From: an uncultured Flavobacteriales bacterium
GTDB lineage: Bacteria; Bacteroidota; Bacteroidia; Flavobacteriales_D; Parvicellaceae
Length of the DNA stretch: 64,000 nucleotides
Assembly (NCBI GenBank): GCA_964419055.1
Contig: CAYQNU010000010.1
Span: forward strand, 16,202 to 80,201
Direction: 5' to 3'
A program made the position numbers and the translations under genes. The notes beneath the pieces are model-generated. The model made no database searches and was not told the origin of the DNA. It saw nothing but the letters and a program-made list of their open reading frames with translations. Of the stretch, positions 50,069 through 58,377 are shown in pieces. Position 1 is the stretch's first letter. Each line of letters begins with the position of its first letter.

Positions 50069-52204
50069 TTAATTATAGGTCAACACATAGGCCCCTTCTT
50101 TATTAATATCGTGAACCTCAACTTTATTCTGTTCGCACCAAGTGGTTATTTTTTGAGCCTCTTTTTTACTTACATCATTACCTATTATAATAACTTTTGT
50201 GTGGATGAATTGCATAATGTCTTCAAATGAACTCGCAGTATTTTGAGTAATGTAACACATATCAATCGAATGATTTATTTTGGGTAAAGCTACATTTTGA
50301 GTTGGGAAAGATTCATTCAAATGGAAAAGCACTTTATCGTTAAAGAAATAAAATGGTCCATTTTTGTAAAAACCTTTTTCTTTATAATTTTCTTCAATAG
50401 ATAAATACATTGGTAAAGCCGCATCTTTACTGTGCCAATAATTTTTAATGTGAAATTGCATTTTACTTCTATCAGAAATGAAATTATCTGAAGCAAAAAA
50501 GTAATTGTGCTCAGCGTCAACAAAATTTATAACGACCTCATTTTTAACATCAAAAAGCACGATTTCTTTTTCAACTCTAAGATGGTAATCTTCAATAATA
50601 TCTGCCGCTAAAAACGTAATGCTAAGTATTAACGCTACATTAAAATAGCGCAATTTTCTGAACTCCAATAGAGGAACTGTACTTAAAATTAGAGCATAGA
50701 TAATCCAGCTACCAAGAATCGAAATACTAATACCTTCAATCAAAGAAAAAGGTAATTTATCAATTGCCATAACGAGATAGTTCATCCAATAAATGGCCTC
50801 ATTAAGAACTAACCCAACAAAAGATGCAACAGCCGCGAAACCCGAGGAAACGAATAATAAGATACCAAGACCTATAATTATCATAGCTCCAGGTATGACA
50901 ACTAAGTTGGAAAATAAAAAATAAACGGGGAATTGATGAAAATACAATAATCCAAGTGGAAAAGTGGCAATTTGAGCAGCAATAGATACAGCCGTTATGC
51001 CCCAAATTTTATCCAACAACCAATTTTTGAAATACCATTTTTTATAAATTATGGGCTGAAAATATACGATTCCCAATACTGCCAAATAACTCAATTGAAA
51101 TCCAACTTCCATCACTAAATAGGGGTCATAACATAACAACACAAAGCCAGATGAAGCCAATGTATTGTAGATACTGCTTATTCGATTAAATGCTCCACCC
51201 ACAATAACAAATGAAAACATAGTAGAAGCACGAATAACCGATGGACTTAAACCTGTGATAAAGGCATAAAACCAGAGAAATAACAATAACAGCACTAATT
51301 TCACTATAGATAATTTTCGATTATTATCCATAAATTTTAGCAGATTATTGAGTACCATAAAAATAATTCCTACGTGAAGTCCTGAAACTGCCAAAACGTG
51401 CATTGCACCTGTACTCGAATACGCATGTTTTAAGTCTTCACTTAAATCGTCTTTGTAACCTAAAATCAATGCAGATGCTACAGCGAGTTGTTCGCCTTCT
51501 AAACCATTTTCTTTTAACTTTGACAATAAAAAATCTCTTGATTTACCGGCTACTTTTTTCAAACTCCACCCTCCTTTGGTTACACTTTTCCAATTTTCGG
51601 ACGATACATAACCCTGTTGATATATTTGATGGAAATATAAATACTGACTGTAATTAAATTCCTCTGGATTTCTAGGTTTACTTATATTTTGAAGAGGACA
51701 ATTTATGATGATTTGATCTCCCTGAAGCAATGTATTTGATGACGAATCTTTTTCAAAATACAAGATCAATTTACCGATTGCCGGTTCAATTTCACCTTTA
51801 TTTTCAATGGCTTTTATGGAAGCAACTGTGTAAAGACTTTTGGGTTTTTGTTTGGGAATTTCGTCAATTTCAACAATCAGTTTGGTGGAATAATTCGCTT
51901 GATCTATTTTATGTAGATAATGACTATCATAATTATATTCTGTCCTGAAAACGGTAAGGTTTATTCCTGCGAAAAACAATGTTACATAAAGGACTAAACC
52001 AAAAATATAGTTAGTCGCAAAAGAAGCTGCTATCCTTTTTTGAAAATGAAGGAATACAATAAAACTTATTAATAGAACTAATGGAATAGACCAATAAAAA
52101 CTGTCTAATTTGAGATAGATACTGATTAAGATACCTGCAATCAACGGTAAAATCAGCCTAATAAAAGGCGTTCTCTTCCAATTAATACTTTGATTATCTT
52201 CCAT
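50069..52204 (-). CDS. comEC: ComEC/Rec2-family DNA internalisation channel protein
   Basis: N-terminal DUF4131-like region and a polytopic competence domain (..TGAMHVLAVSGLHVGII..). The C-terminal ~190 aa lack an HxHxDH metallo-beta-lactamase motif. Confidence 0.8.
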   Translation of the reverse strand: MEDNQSINWKRTPFIRLILPLIAGILISIYLKLDSFYWSIPLVLLISFIVFLHFQKRIAASFATNYIFGLVLYVTLFFAGINLTVFRTEYNYDSHYLHKIDQANYSTKLIVEIDEIPKQKPKSLYTVASIKAIENKGEIEPAIGKLILYFEKDSSSNTLLQGDQIIINCPLQNISKPRNPEEFNYSQYLYFHQIYQQGYVSSENWKSVTKGGWSLKKVAGKSRDFLLSKLKENGLEGEQLAVASALILGYKDDLSEDLKHAYSSTGAMHVLAVSGLHVGIIFMVLNNLLKFMDNNRKLSIVKLVLLLLFLWFYAFITGLSPSVIRASTMFSFVIVGGAFNRISSIYNTLASSGFVLLCYDPYLVMEVGFQLSYLAVLGIVYFQPIIYKKWYFKNWLLDKIWGITAVSIAAQIATFPLGLLYFHQFPVYFLFSNLVVIPGAMIIIGLGILLFVSSGFAAVASFVGLVLNEAIYWMNYLVMAIDKLPFSLIEGISISILGSWIIYALILSTVPLLEFRKLRYFNVALILSITFLAADIIEDYHLRVEKEIVLFDVKNEVVINFVDAEHNYFFASDNFISDRSKMQFHIKNYWHSKDAALPMYLSIEENYKEKGFYKNGPFYFFNDKVLFHLNESFPTQNVALPKINHSIDMCYITQNTASSFEDIMQFIHTKVIIIGNDVSKKEAQKITTWCEQNKVEVHDINKEGAYVLTYN

Positions 52205-52408
52205 TTGATTACGAAAATAGAAAATAAATGATTGTGAAACACTAAAGGAGTGTTAAATGTGATAATTGAATGAATCAAAGAGGAATTAATAATTTAACTA
52301 ATTTCGGGCAGATTTAAACTTGAACTATAAATTTGTCCATATTTATTTAAAATGATGTGAAATTAGACTTTGGTAATCCATATACATTCAAATAAATAGA
52401 AAAAAGCT

Positions 52409-52768
52409 ATGAAAAATATAAATTTAAGAGCTCGAATTAAACGAAATAAGTTAGACATATTAACTGGAAAACATTTCAGAGATGAAAATTCAGAAATTAT
52501 TAAAGACTTTAATTCTAAAAATAGAAAAGCTCTAGTTGGAATTCAACGAGAAGATGGAATTTATACAATTATTGGTGATGAAAATATTTACTACTTAACA
52601 ATTTCTGGAAAGGAAGGTGAAATAAGTATAGCTGATTTGTTAAGGATTTTAAGAAAAATAACATTTGAACAAGGTAAAGATGAAAATTATAAGTTTGTCA
52701 AAATTAATGATAACGATTCTATTTGGATATTGAATAACGAAACATTAAATGCATTATGGAATACCTAA
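52409..52768 (+). CDS. hypothetical protein
   Basis: 119-aa ORF with an ATG start; no motif recognised. Confidence 0.4.
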   Translation: MKNINLRARIKRNKLDILTGKHFRDENSEIIKDFNSKNRKALVGIQREDGIYTIIGDENIYYLTISGKEGEISIADLLRILRKITFEQGKDENYKFVKINDNDSIWILNNETLNALWNT

Positions 52769-52827
52769 CTCTTAATTGATAATAATCGTAAAAACATCCC
52801 TGAAAAGCAAAGTAAATAAAACCTATC

Positions 52828-53997
52828 TCAATTCAACTTCTGATACGTCTGCCACCACAAATCAGGTATTTGACCTTGGCTGGCCAACTGATAATCTTCA
52901 TAGTTGCAAGGCACCAAATGATGACGTTCAAATTTTAAATATTCCTGAGGTGGATACGGTACATCCATCCACCAACGGTCACTTCGGTCACTTTTGTAAA
53001 AAATCAACTCATGGTCGGTGTTTTCCACATCAATGCGGTATTTAATATAGGTTTCTTTTGTTCCCAATGGATAATCTTTTTTGCGAGAACAATACCCATC
53101 AATAAAACACCATACCATTTGTGCAGCTAATTTGGCACTAGCACCATCACGGTCGACTTTGGCTGAATATTCATAAATGCCTAAACTCGATAATTTATCA
53201 CTCATTCCTGCATAACGCATCATTTGACAAATTTCCTCTCCATAAAAACCATTGGGTTCACTATCTAATTTGGCCTGAAACTCACTTTTGCGGATACTTG
53301 ACACATCAACACTGATAATGTCTGCATTTCTTAAAACGGATTCGCTGTGCGCCATCTTTGCTTGCATTTCGCCCAAGCGATACGTATCAAAAAACAAATC
53401 GGACATTAATTTCTTAATTTCGGGTGAAATAAAGTACGTTTGATAGCCCACACAACTGAAATTGAACAAATAATTAGGCTGATGCAAGATGATTTTGGAT
53501 AAATAATTGGCATTGGAAATGGGTTCATCATCATTGCCCATATCAATCAAACGATCAATAACCGATAGATTTACCGTTTGTTCCAATTTTTCATAGCCTT
53601 TATAATTGGCAAACGTGATATCTTGACTACCTCCAAGTATTAAAGCTAAAATTTTCTTTTTTCCTAATTCAAAAACCACATCTGCCACAGCATGGTAGGT
53701 ATCTTGAAGGCTAGCTCCCGGTTGAATATTACCCAAATCAACAATATTCAACTCCTTTTGATGATGAAAGAGTTGATACAATTCGTTGCGTATCGCCAAA
53801 AAAGGATCTTTATTATTGGTGTCTTTGTATTGGGCATTTCCTCTCCATTCATTAACACCAAAAATGGCTATTTGTACTCCGTCAATATCTGGAAAACCGC
53901 CACTATTATGAAATGATGTAAAATAACCAATGGTATCTTTAGCAAAATCATTTCGATCTAGTTGCGAAGGTGAAAAGTAAAAATCTATTGTAGTCAT
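52828..53997 (-). CDS. arginase/formimidoylglutamase-fold protein with substituted metal-ligand positions and a C-terminal extension
   Basis: Ureohydrolase motif order and spacing are retained, but the motifs read GGSQD (canonical GGDHS), DRLID (canonical DAHxD) and SVDVS (canonical SxDxD). Confidence 0.65.
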   Translation of the reverse strand: MTTIDFYFSPSQLDRNDFAKDTIGYFTSFHNSGGFPDIDGVQIAIFGVNEWRGNAQYKDTNNKDPFLAIRNELYQLFHHQKELNIVDLGNIQPGASLQDTYHAVADVVFELGKKKILALILGGSQDITFANYKGYEKLEQTVNLSVIDRLIDMGNDDEPISNANYLSKIILHQPNYLFNFSCVGYQTYFISPEIKKLMSDLFFDTYRLGEMQAKMAHSESVLRNADIISVDVSSIRKSEFQAKLDSEPNGFYGEEICQMMRYAGMSDKLSSLGIYEYSAKVDRDGASAKLAAQMVWCFIDGYCSRKKDYPLGTKETYIKYRIDVENTDHELIFYKSDRSDRWWMDVPYPPQEYLKFERHHLVPCNYEDYQLASQGQIPDLWWQTYQKLN

Positions 53998-54126
53998 TAT
54001 CTAATTGTATTGTAAATAGTACTCCAGCACAAATTTGATTACAATTTTGATTCATACGGTATGCTTTATTGCGAACTTATGAAGAATGGATGTTTTATAA
54101 GAGGCAACAAACTTGATTTTAGATCT

Positions 54127-54182
54127 TAGATTTACGAATGTAGATTGTTGATGTATGTCTTAAATCTAAAATCGTAAATCTA
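54127..54182. repeat. imperfect 20-bp inverted repeat (TAGATTTACGAATGTAGATT / AATCTAAAATCGTAAATCTA)
   Basis: 17 of 20 positions pair, with a 16-nt loop. It lies 23 bp downstream of the topA stop. TAGAT-rich low-complexity sequence like that at 3690-3760. Confidence 0.6.
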
Positions 54183-54204
54183 CAATCTAACTTCTAAAAT
54201 CCCC

Positions 54205-56520
54205 TTACTTTTTCTTCCCTTTGAATGAACGTGCAGAAGGTGCGGGTTGGTTGTTCATGATTTCAATACATTTTTCCTTAGTCAGTTCAGCATTTTGAGT
54301 ACCTTTTGGAATTTTGTAGTTGTTTTTACCCATTTTGATATACACACCGTACTTACCGTTTAACACTTGGATCGTATTTCCCTCATGTTCGTACTCCGCT
54401 ATATTTTTGCTAGCATCTTCTGATTTTTTAGCATCTATCAATTCCTTTGCTTCTTCCAAGGTAATTTCTAAAGGATCTTTATCTTTAGGAATCGACACAA
54501 ATGAATTGGCAAAACGAACATACGGACCAAAACGACCCACATTAACCGAAATAGGTTGTCCATCATAAATACCTAAATCTTTAGGCAGTTTGAACAAGTC
54601 TAACGCCTCTTCAAGGGTAATCGTATTGATACTTTGCGTTTTTTGAAGAGATGCAAACAATGGTTTTACCTCATCATCTTGTTTACCAATTTGAATCATT
54701 GCTCCAAATCTTCCTATACGTGCTATTATCGGACGACCTGATTTTGGGTCAATTCCCAATTCACGTTCGCCTGTTGCTCTATCTGAATTTTCGGTAGTAT
54801 CGTTAATATTTTTATGGAATGGATCATAGAATTTACTGATCATTTTGGTCCACTCAATCATACCTTGAGCAATGTCATCAAACTCTTTTTCAACGCTGGC
54901 TGTAAAATTATAATCCATAATGGTTTTGAAATGTTCCACTAAGAAGTCATTTACAATTCCACCTATATCTGTTGGTAATAACTTATTTCTATCAGCACCA
55001 AATGTTTCTTTTTTAACTTCTCGTTTTAAAGACCCATTTTTCAATGTAAAATGAACAAACTGACGTTCGTGACCTTCTACATCTTTGCGCTCAACATACC
55101 CCCTCTTTTGCACCGTGGTAATAGTAGGTGCGTATGTAGAAGGACGACCAATTCCTAATTCTTCCAATTGTTTTACTAAAGATGCCTCAGTATATCGTGC
55201 TGGTGGGCGTGTAAAACGTTCTGTGGCAGTAATGTTATCCGTTGTTAGAGCATCACCAACATTCATTTTTGGTAATAACCCACTTTCATCGTCACTGTCA
55301 TCATCATCTGTGCTTTCTAAATATACTTTTAGAAAACCATCAAACTTGATGATTTCACCTGTTGCAACAAAATGTTCACTAGTTGATTTTGTTGTGATGG
55401 TAACTTTTGTACGTTCCAATTCGGCATCACTCATTTGTGAAGCGATGGTTCTTTTCCAAATCAATTCATACAAACGTTGCTCGGAAGCATCACCTCCTGC
55501 TTTTTGTACATTAAAATTGGCAGGACGAATCGCCTCGTGTGCCTCTTGAGCACCAGCATCTTTCGTTTTATATCTTTTTGGATTACAATATTCTGCTCCA
55601 TAAATATTTATAACTGCTTCTTTAGCGTTGGCCATAGCAAAGTCAGAAAGATTCACAGAATCCGTTCTCATATAGGTGATGTGACCTGCTTCATATAATT
55701 TTTGGGCAACGGACATCGTACGTAATACACTAAAACCTAATTTTCTACTGGCCTCTTGTTGCAAGGTTGATGTAGTAAAAGGAGGCGCAGAAGTACGTTT
55801 AGCTGGTTTTTTCTCTAAATCTCCTACTGTAAATTGAGCTGTTTTGCATTTTTCAAGAAAAGCTTCTGCATCGGCTTCTTTGGCAAAAGATTTTGACAAT
55901 TCTGCTCTAAAACTGTTACCGTTGATAGCAAAATAACCGTATACTTTAAAGGATGCGGTTGAATTAAATTTTTCGATTTCACGTTCCCGCTCTACAATTA
56001 ATCTCACAGTAACCGACTGCACCCGACCAGCTGACAAGGATGGTTTAACTTTTTTCCACAAAACGGGCGATAATTCAAACCCTACTATTCTATCCAATAC
56101 ACGTCTAGCTTGTTGCGCATTGACTAAGTTAATATCTATTTGCCTAGGATTTTCAATAGCTCGAGTTACTGCAGCTTTTGTTATCTCATTAAATGTAATT
56201 CGTTTGGTATTTTTTGGATCTAATTTTAATGTTTCCGCTAGGTGCCAAGAAATGGCTTCCCCTTCGCGGTCCTCATCCGTTGCTAACCAAACCGTTTTGG
56301 CTTTTTTGGCTAAAGAAAGTAATTCTGCTACTACTTTTTTCTTATCTGCGGTAACTTCATAGTTGGGTTTGAAGTTGTTCTCCATGTCAATAGAAATACC
56401 TTTTTTAGGTAAATCTCTCACGTGTCCGAAACTACTTTTTACTATAAAATCTTTGCCTAAATATCCTTCTATTGTTTTGGCTTTTGCGGGGGACTCAACG
56501 ATTACTAAATTATCTGCCAT
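54205..56520 (-). CDS. topA: DNA topoisomerase I (type IA)
   Basis: Toprim motifs LVIVESPAKAKTI and ATDEDREGE, active-site Tyr context HITYMRTDS, and C-terminal repeats GRFGAMIQIG, GRFGPYVRF and NGKYGVYIKMG. Confidence 0.95.
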   Translation of the reverse strand: MADNLVIVESPAKAKTIEGYLGKDFIVKSSFGHVRDLPKKGISIDMENNFKPNYEVTADKKKVVAELLSLAKKAKTVWLATDEDREGEAISWHLAETLKLDPKNTKRITFNEITKAAVTRAIENPRQIDINLVNAQQARRVLDRIVGFELSPVLWKKVKPSLSAGRVQSVTVRLIVEREREIEKFNSTASFKVYGYFAINGNSFRAELSKSFAKEADAEAFLEKCKTAQFTVGDLEKKPAKRTSAPPFTTSTLQQEASRKLGFSVLRTMSVAQKLYEAGHITYMRTDSVNLSDFAMANAKEAVINIYGAEYCNPKRYKTKDAGAQEAHEAIRPANFNVQKAGGDASEQRLYELIWKRTIASQMSDAELERTKVTITTKSTSEHFVATGEIIKFDGFLKVYLESTDDDDSDDESGLLPKMNVGDALTTDNITATERFTRPPARYTEASLVKQLEELGIGRPSTYAPTITTVQKRGYVERKDVEGHERQFVHFTLKNGSLKREVKKETFGADRNKLLPTDIGGIVNDFLVEHFKTIMDYNFTASVEKEFDDIAQGMIEWTKMISKFYDPFHKNINDTTENSDRATGERELGIDPKSGRPIIARIGRFGAMIQIGKQDDEVKPLFASLQKTQSINTITLEEALDLFKLPKDLGIYDGQPISVNVGRFGPYVRFANSFVSIPKDKDPLEITLEEAKELIDAKKSEDASKNIAEYEHEGNTIQVLNGKYGVYIKMGKNNYKIPKGTQNAELTKEKCIEIMNNQPAPSARSFKGKKK

Positions 56521-56763
56521 AGTTTGTCTTTAATCAAAAGTTGATATGATTAATTTCTGCAAAGGAATAAATTAATACCCATTTTTCAGAGTTTTTTTTT
56601 CATTTTCTGCAAAATGAGTACAAAAACACTTTGAAAATCAACAAAATTTTATTGACTACAAACTAAACATTTATCTTTTTTATTAAAAAACCAATACTAG
56701 AAGTCTCCAATTCAAATTTGATTATTAATATTGCAACATTGTTGCATTAATAAAAATAAAATT

Positions 56764-57003
56764 ATGAAAAAAATTATCTTTTCTTCTGTGTTTTTATCAG
56801 CTATTATTGGGTTGAACTCTTGTAATAAAGATTATCAATGCGAATGCACCTACCAACACGCTCATGCTGGGCATTTTGATACTGAAACAGAAACCTTTGA
56901 TTTAACAGTAAAGAAAAAAGATTCAGAATCAACATGTAAAGGAAAAGAAGCTGAAATCAATGCTGAGGCTGGTCATTCAGATGCTTCTTGTAAATTGAAA
57001 TAA
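56764..57003 (+). CDS. small Cys/His-containing lipoprotein, hypothetical
   Basis: ATG at 56764 and lipobox GLNSCN. The mature ~60 aa contain four further Cys residues plus HAHAGH and AGHSD. Confidence 0.5.
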   Translation: MKKIIFSSVFLSAIIGLNSCNKDYQCECTYQHAHAGHFDTETETFDLTVKKKDSESTCKGKEAEINAEAGHSDASCKLK

Positions 57004-57018
57004 GAAACTTTTTTATCA

Positions 57019-57051
57019 AGCTTTTCCAAAGTTTTGAACTTTGGAAAAGCT
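57019..57051. terminator. perfect 15-bp stem hairpin between convergent genes
   Basis: AGCTTTTCCAAAGTT-TTG-AACTTTGGAAAAGCT. There is no clear U-tract on either side. Confidence 0.6.
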
Positions 57052-57085
57052 ATGATAGCAAGGAAAAACTCTGATAGCAACTTTT

Positions 57086-57928
57086 CTAATTCCCCTTTAT
57101 TGAAGACAGAGACACCTCTTCTCCAAATTTGATGGCATCCGAAACTTTTGTGAATGAATGTCCTAAATAAGCTCGAGCACCAAATTCGCATTCCATAGTA
57201 GAATTGGCCTCTGCATATACTGATTTATCGGAAAATTTAAAAGTAATTTGGCAAGGTTCTATTTCATCAGTAGATTCAGAAGAACTTTCATAATAATATA
57301 AATCGCCTTTTTTAATGGCAAATCCAGAAGCATATGCAAAATGATACGTTGGACCACAGATAACTTCCAATTGAAATTGAAGGGTGTCCTCTCCAATTTT
57401 ATTAAATACGGCATAACCACCATTAAATCCAATCTCTACTGAAGGATTATCTTCTGCGGCAAAAAAATCATTTACCCAAAAAGACTCTACACCATAAGAG
57501 CCTTCTATTTTAGAATTAGTAGTTGAAGCATAATCTTCTAATGTATTGAATTTCCATGTTTTATGATTACCTTGAGTAAGGTTCAATTCTACTTTACGTG
57601 TTTTGGTTTCACTGGTCCAGTAACCAATTAATGCCAAATTATCCATTTCCAAATAAAAATTTCCCGTAACTTTTCCTTTATAGGTTTCCTCAACGTGAAT
57701 ACACGGATAACTAACGGTTCCTTTTATTTCGATATACTTGTTTTGCTTAACATACTTATATCTTCCTTTAATTTCACCTGTATTATAATCATAGGATTGC
57801 CATTCTAATTCGATAGGGTAAGTATCAATTCGCCCAACATATTTTAGCACTGTTGTCGTTGATTTTTCTTGACTCCAAAGAGGTGTCTGCATTAAAACGA
57901 AAGCAATTAATACAATAAAGGTTTTCAT
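57086..57928 (-). CDS. secreted hypothetical protein
   Basis: The ATG at 57928 gives signal peptide MKTFIVLIAFVLMQTPLWSQ. No motif recognised. Confidence 0.55.
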   Translation of the reverse strand: MKTFIVLIAFVLMQTPLWSQEKSTTTVLKYVGRIDTYPIELEWQSYDYNTGEIKGRYKYVKQNKYIEIKGTVSYPCIHVEETYKGKVTGNFYLEMDNLALIGYWTSETKTRKVELNLTQGNHKTWKFNTLEDYASTTNSKIEGSYGVESFWVNDFFAAEDNPSVEIGFNGGYAVFNKIGEDTLQFQLEVICGPTYHFAYASGFAIKKGDLYYYESSSESTDEIEPCQITFKFSDKSVYAEANSTMECEFGARAYLGHSFTKVSDAIKFGEEVSLSSIKGN

Positions 57929-57936
57929 ATTTATTA

Positions 57937-58353
57937 TCATTTTACAGTTACAGAATAGACATCTGTTGTATTTCTTCTGAGATTCAACACTTCAAACCCT
58001 CCTTCTTCAGGGATGATTTCACGCATATCAAACAATTGACATCCTTTACTTAATCCTTCAAAAAAAAGTGTGAAATGATACCAACCGTCCTTATCTACCA
58101 CCTTCCATTCAGGTGCAATGGGCACGTTGATATTGTGCACTAATTTACATTTACTTCCTGATTCATTTTCTACTAAATAGGTGCTTTTCCAAATACGAAT
58201 ACCCGAACCTGCTTCTAATTTGATTTTGCAATGTACGGTGACTTGTTTTTCTTCTTCCTCCAACGTTTGGCGCTCCTCTAATTCTTCTTCCAAAACGGCC
58301 ACTTCTTTATCGTATAACCTTAGCGGATCTTCTTTTATTCGAGCGTTTCTCAT
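57937..58353 (-). CDS. hypothetical protein with acidic coiled N-terminus
   Basis: 138 aa; LEEELEERQTLEEEEKQ followed by a beta-rich region. It starts 24 bp downstream of the helicase stop. Confidence 0.5.
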   Translation of the reverse strand: MRNARIKEDPLRLYDKEVAVLEEELEERQTLEEEEKQVTVHCKIKLEAGSGIRIWKSTYLVENESGSKCKLVHNINVPIAPEWKVVDKDGWYHFTLFFEGLSKGCQLFDMREIIPEEGGFEVLNLRRNTTDVYSVTVK

Positions 58354-58377
58354 TTGATTTTATTTTCTTAAAGTACG

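Noticed and set aside
50069-50650. ComEC C-terminal region as a separate or novel domain
   Set aside because: It lacks the HxHxDH metallo-beta-lactamase motif (it reads FDVKNEVV...VDAEHNYFF). I believe degenerate or absent nuclease domains are already common in ComEC homologues, so this is noted in the feature evidence only.
55085-55549. 154-aa + strand ORF inside topA
   Set aside because: It is antisense to a highly conserved topoisomerase coding region, so it is a shadow frame.
56731-56763. Longer 90-aa version of the small lipoprotein ORF
   Set aside because: The extension starts at a TTG inside the palindrome and adds MQHCCINKNKI before a canonical MKK signal peptide. The ATG at 56764 is far more plausible.
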